Positions 63,580-64,000 of a stretch of DNA of 64,000 nucleotides are shown piece after piece. The stretch's first letter is position 1; every line of letters begins with the position of its first letter. Both the position numbers and the translations under genes were made by a program. Location: positions 20,524,001 through 20,588,000 of the forward strand of contig NC_058368.1 in the NCBI RefSeq assembly GCF_018350175.1. The letters run 5' to 3'. The notes beneath the pieces are model-generated. The model saw only the letters and a list, made by a program, of their open reading frames with translations, was not told where the DNA came from and made no database searches. The DNA is from Felis catus (taxonomy: Eukaryota).

Positions 63580-64000
63580 GATTTCTACTTGCAACTAAAT
63601 GGAGTAACAGGAAGCTGATTTATCCTCCCACCTGAAACAACCAAAACAGTAACAACAATGACAACAACAATAAAATAATACATGAAACAACTGTTTTCAA
63701 GACACTGGGCATTGAACCCTGCAGGACAGTGACCCCGGAGAGATGGGAGACAACTGAGGTGCGCCCTGTGAATGCCCCAGCTTATTGCTTTGAGAGAGAT
63801 TCCGGTCCACAGAGCGGAATGGTCCACAGGTGAAGCCTGGCAGACTCCCTGAGTTTTAGAGGTGGAGCGGAGAGTTCTAGAGACACCACGGCTACAGTTC
63901 ACAGGGCAGTTTACGGGAGAGGAGAGTGCTACAAAGAAAGAAAACGCCATAGATGTGCAAAGGTACTGCTTGAGTACTCAACGGAGTACTGATCAGTGCA
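63580..64000 (+). mobile_element. Old L1M 5'-region-like fragment
   Basis: aaatggagtaacagg ... tttatcctcccacctgaaacaac ... gttttcaagacactgggcat resembles L1M4/L1MC 5' ends. Confidence 0.55.

Noticed and set aside
62668..64000. RNASEH2B exon 1 and promoter
   Set aside because: No CpG island or N-terminal coding sequence is present; exon 1 must lie outside the window.

Overview
Mammalian genomic DNA, almost certainly from a felid: it carries about 30 carnivore tRNA-derived Can-SINEs, several of the young SINEC_Fc type. The minus strand holds coding exons 2-11 of RNASEH2B (62667 down to 29474). All ten have GT-AG boundaries and form one continuous reading frame ending in the PIP box; exon 1 lies beyond the right edge. 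The far left (32-177, + strand) is most likely the last coding exon of GUCY1B2, convergent with RNASEH2B, and it ends in an intact CaaX prenylation box (CALL-stop). Most notable observations: (1) a downstream alternative terminal exon of RNASEH2B (VAAQRQRRDK*), resembling the PIP-less human isoform 2 end and overlapping a CTCF-like motif; (2) an exon 6 acceptor 9 nt downstream of the human one; (3) a twin-primed (5'-inverted) L1 in intron 3; (4) a SINE inserted beside the exon 7 donor; (5) nested and inverted SINE pairs; (6) a diverged ~180-bp duplication in intron 4. The rest is old L1, L2, MIR, LTR and DNA-transposon debris plus microsatellites. I found no convincing evidence of a wholly new gene or system, and nearly all listed six-frame ORFs are repeat-derived or chance. 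Comparisons to human and rodent proteins are from memory and no search was run. Repeat boundaries are approximate.
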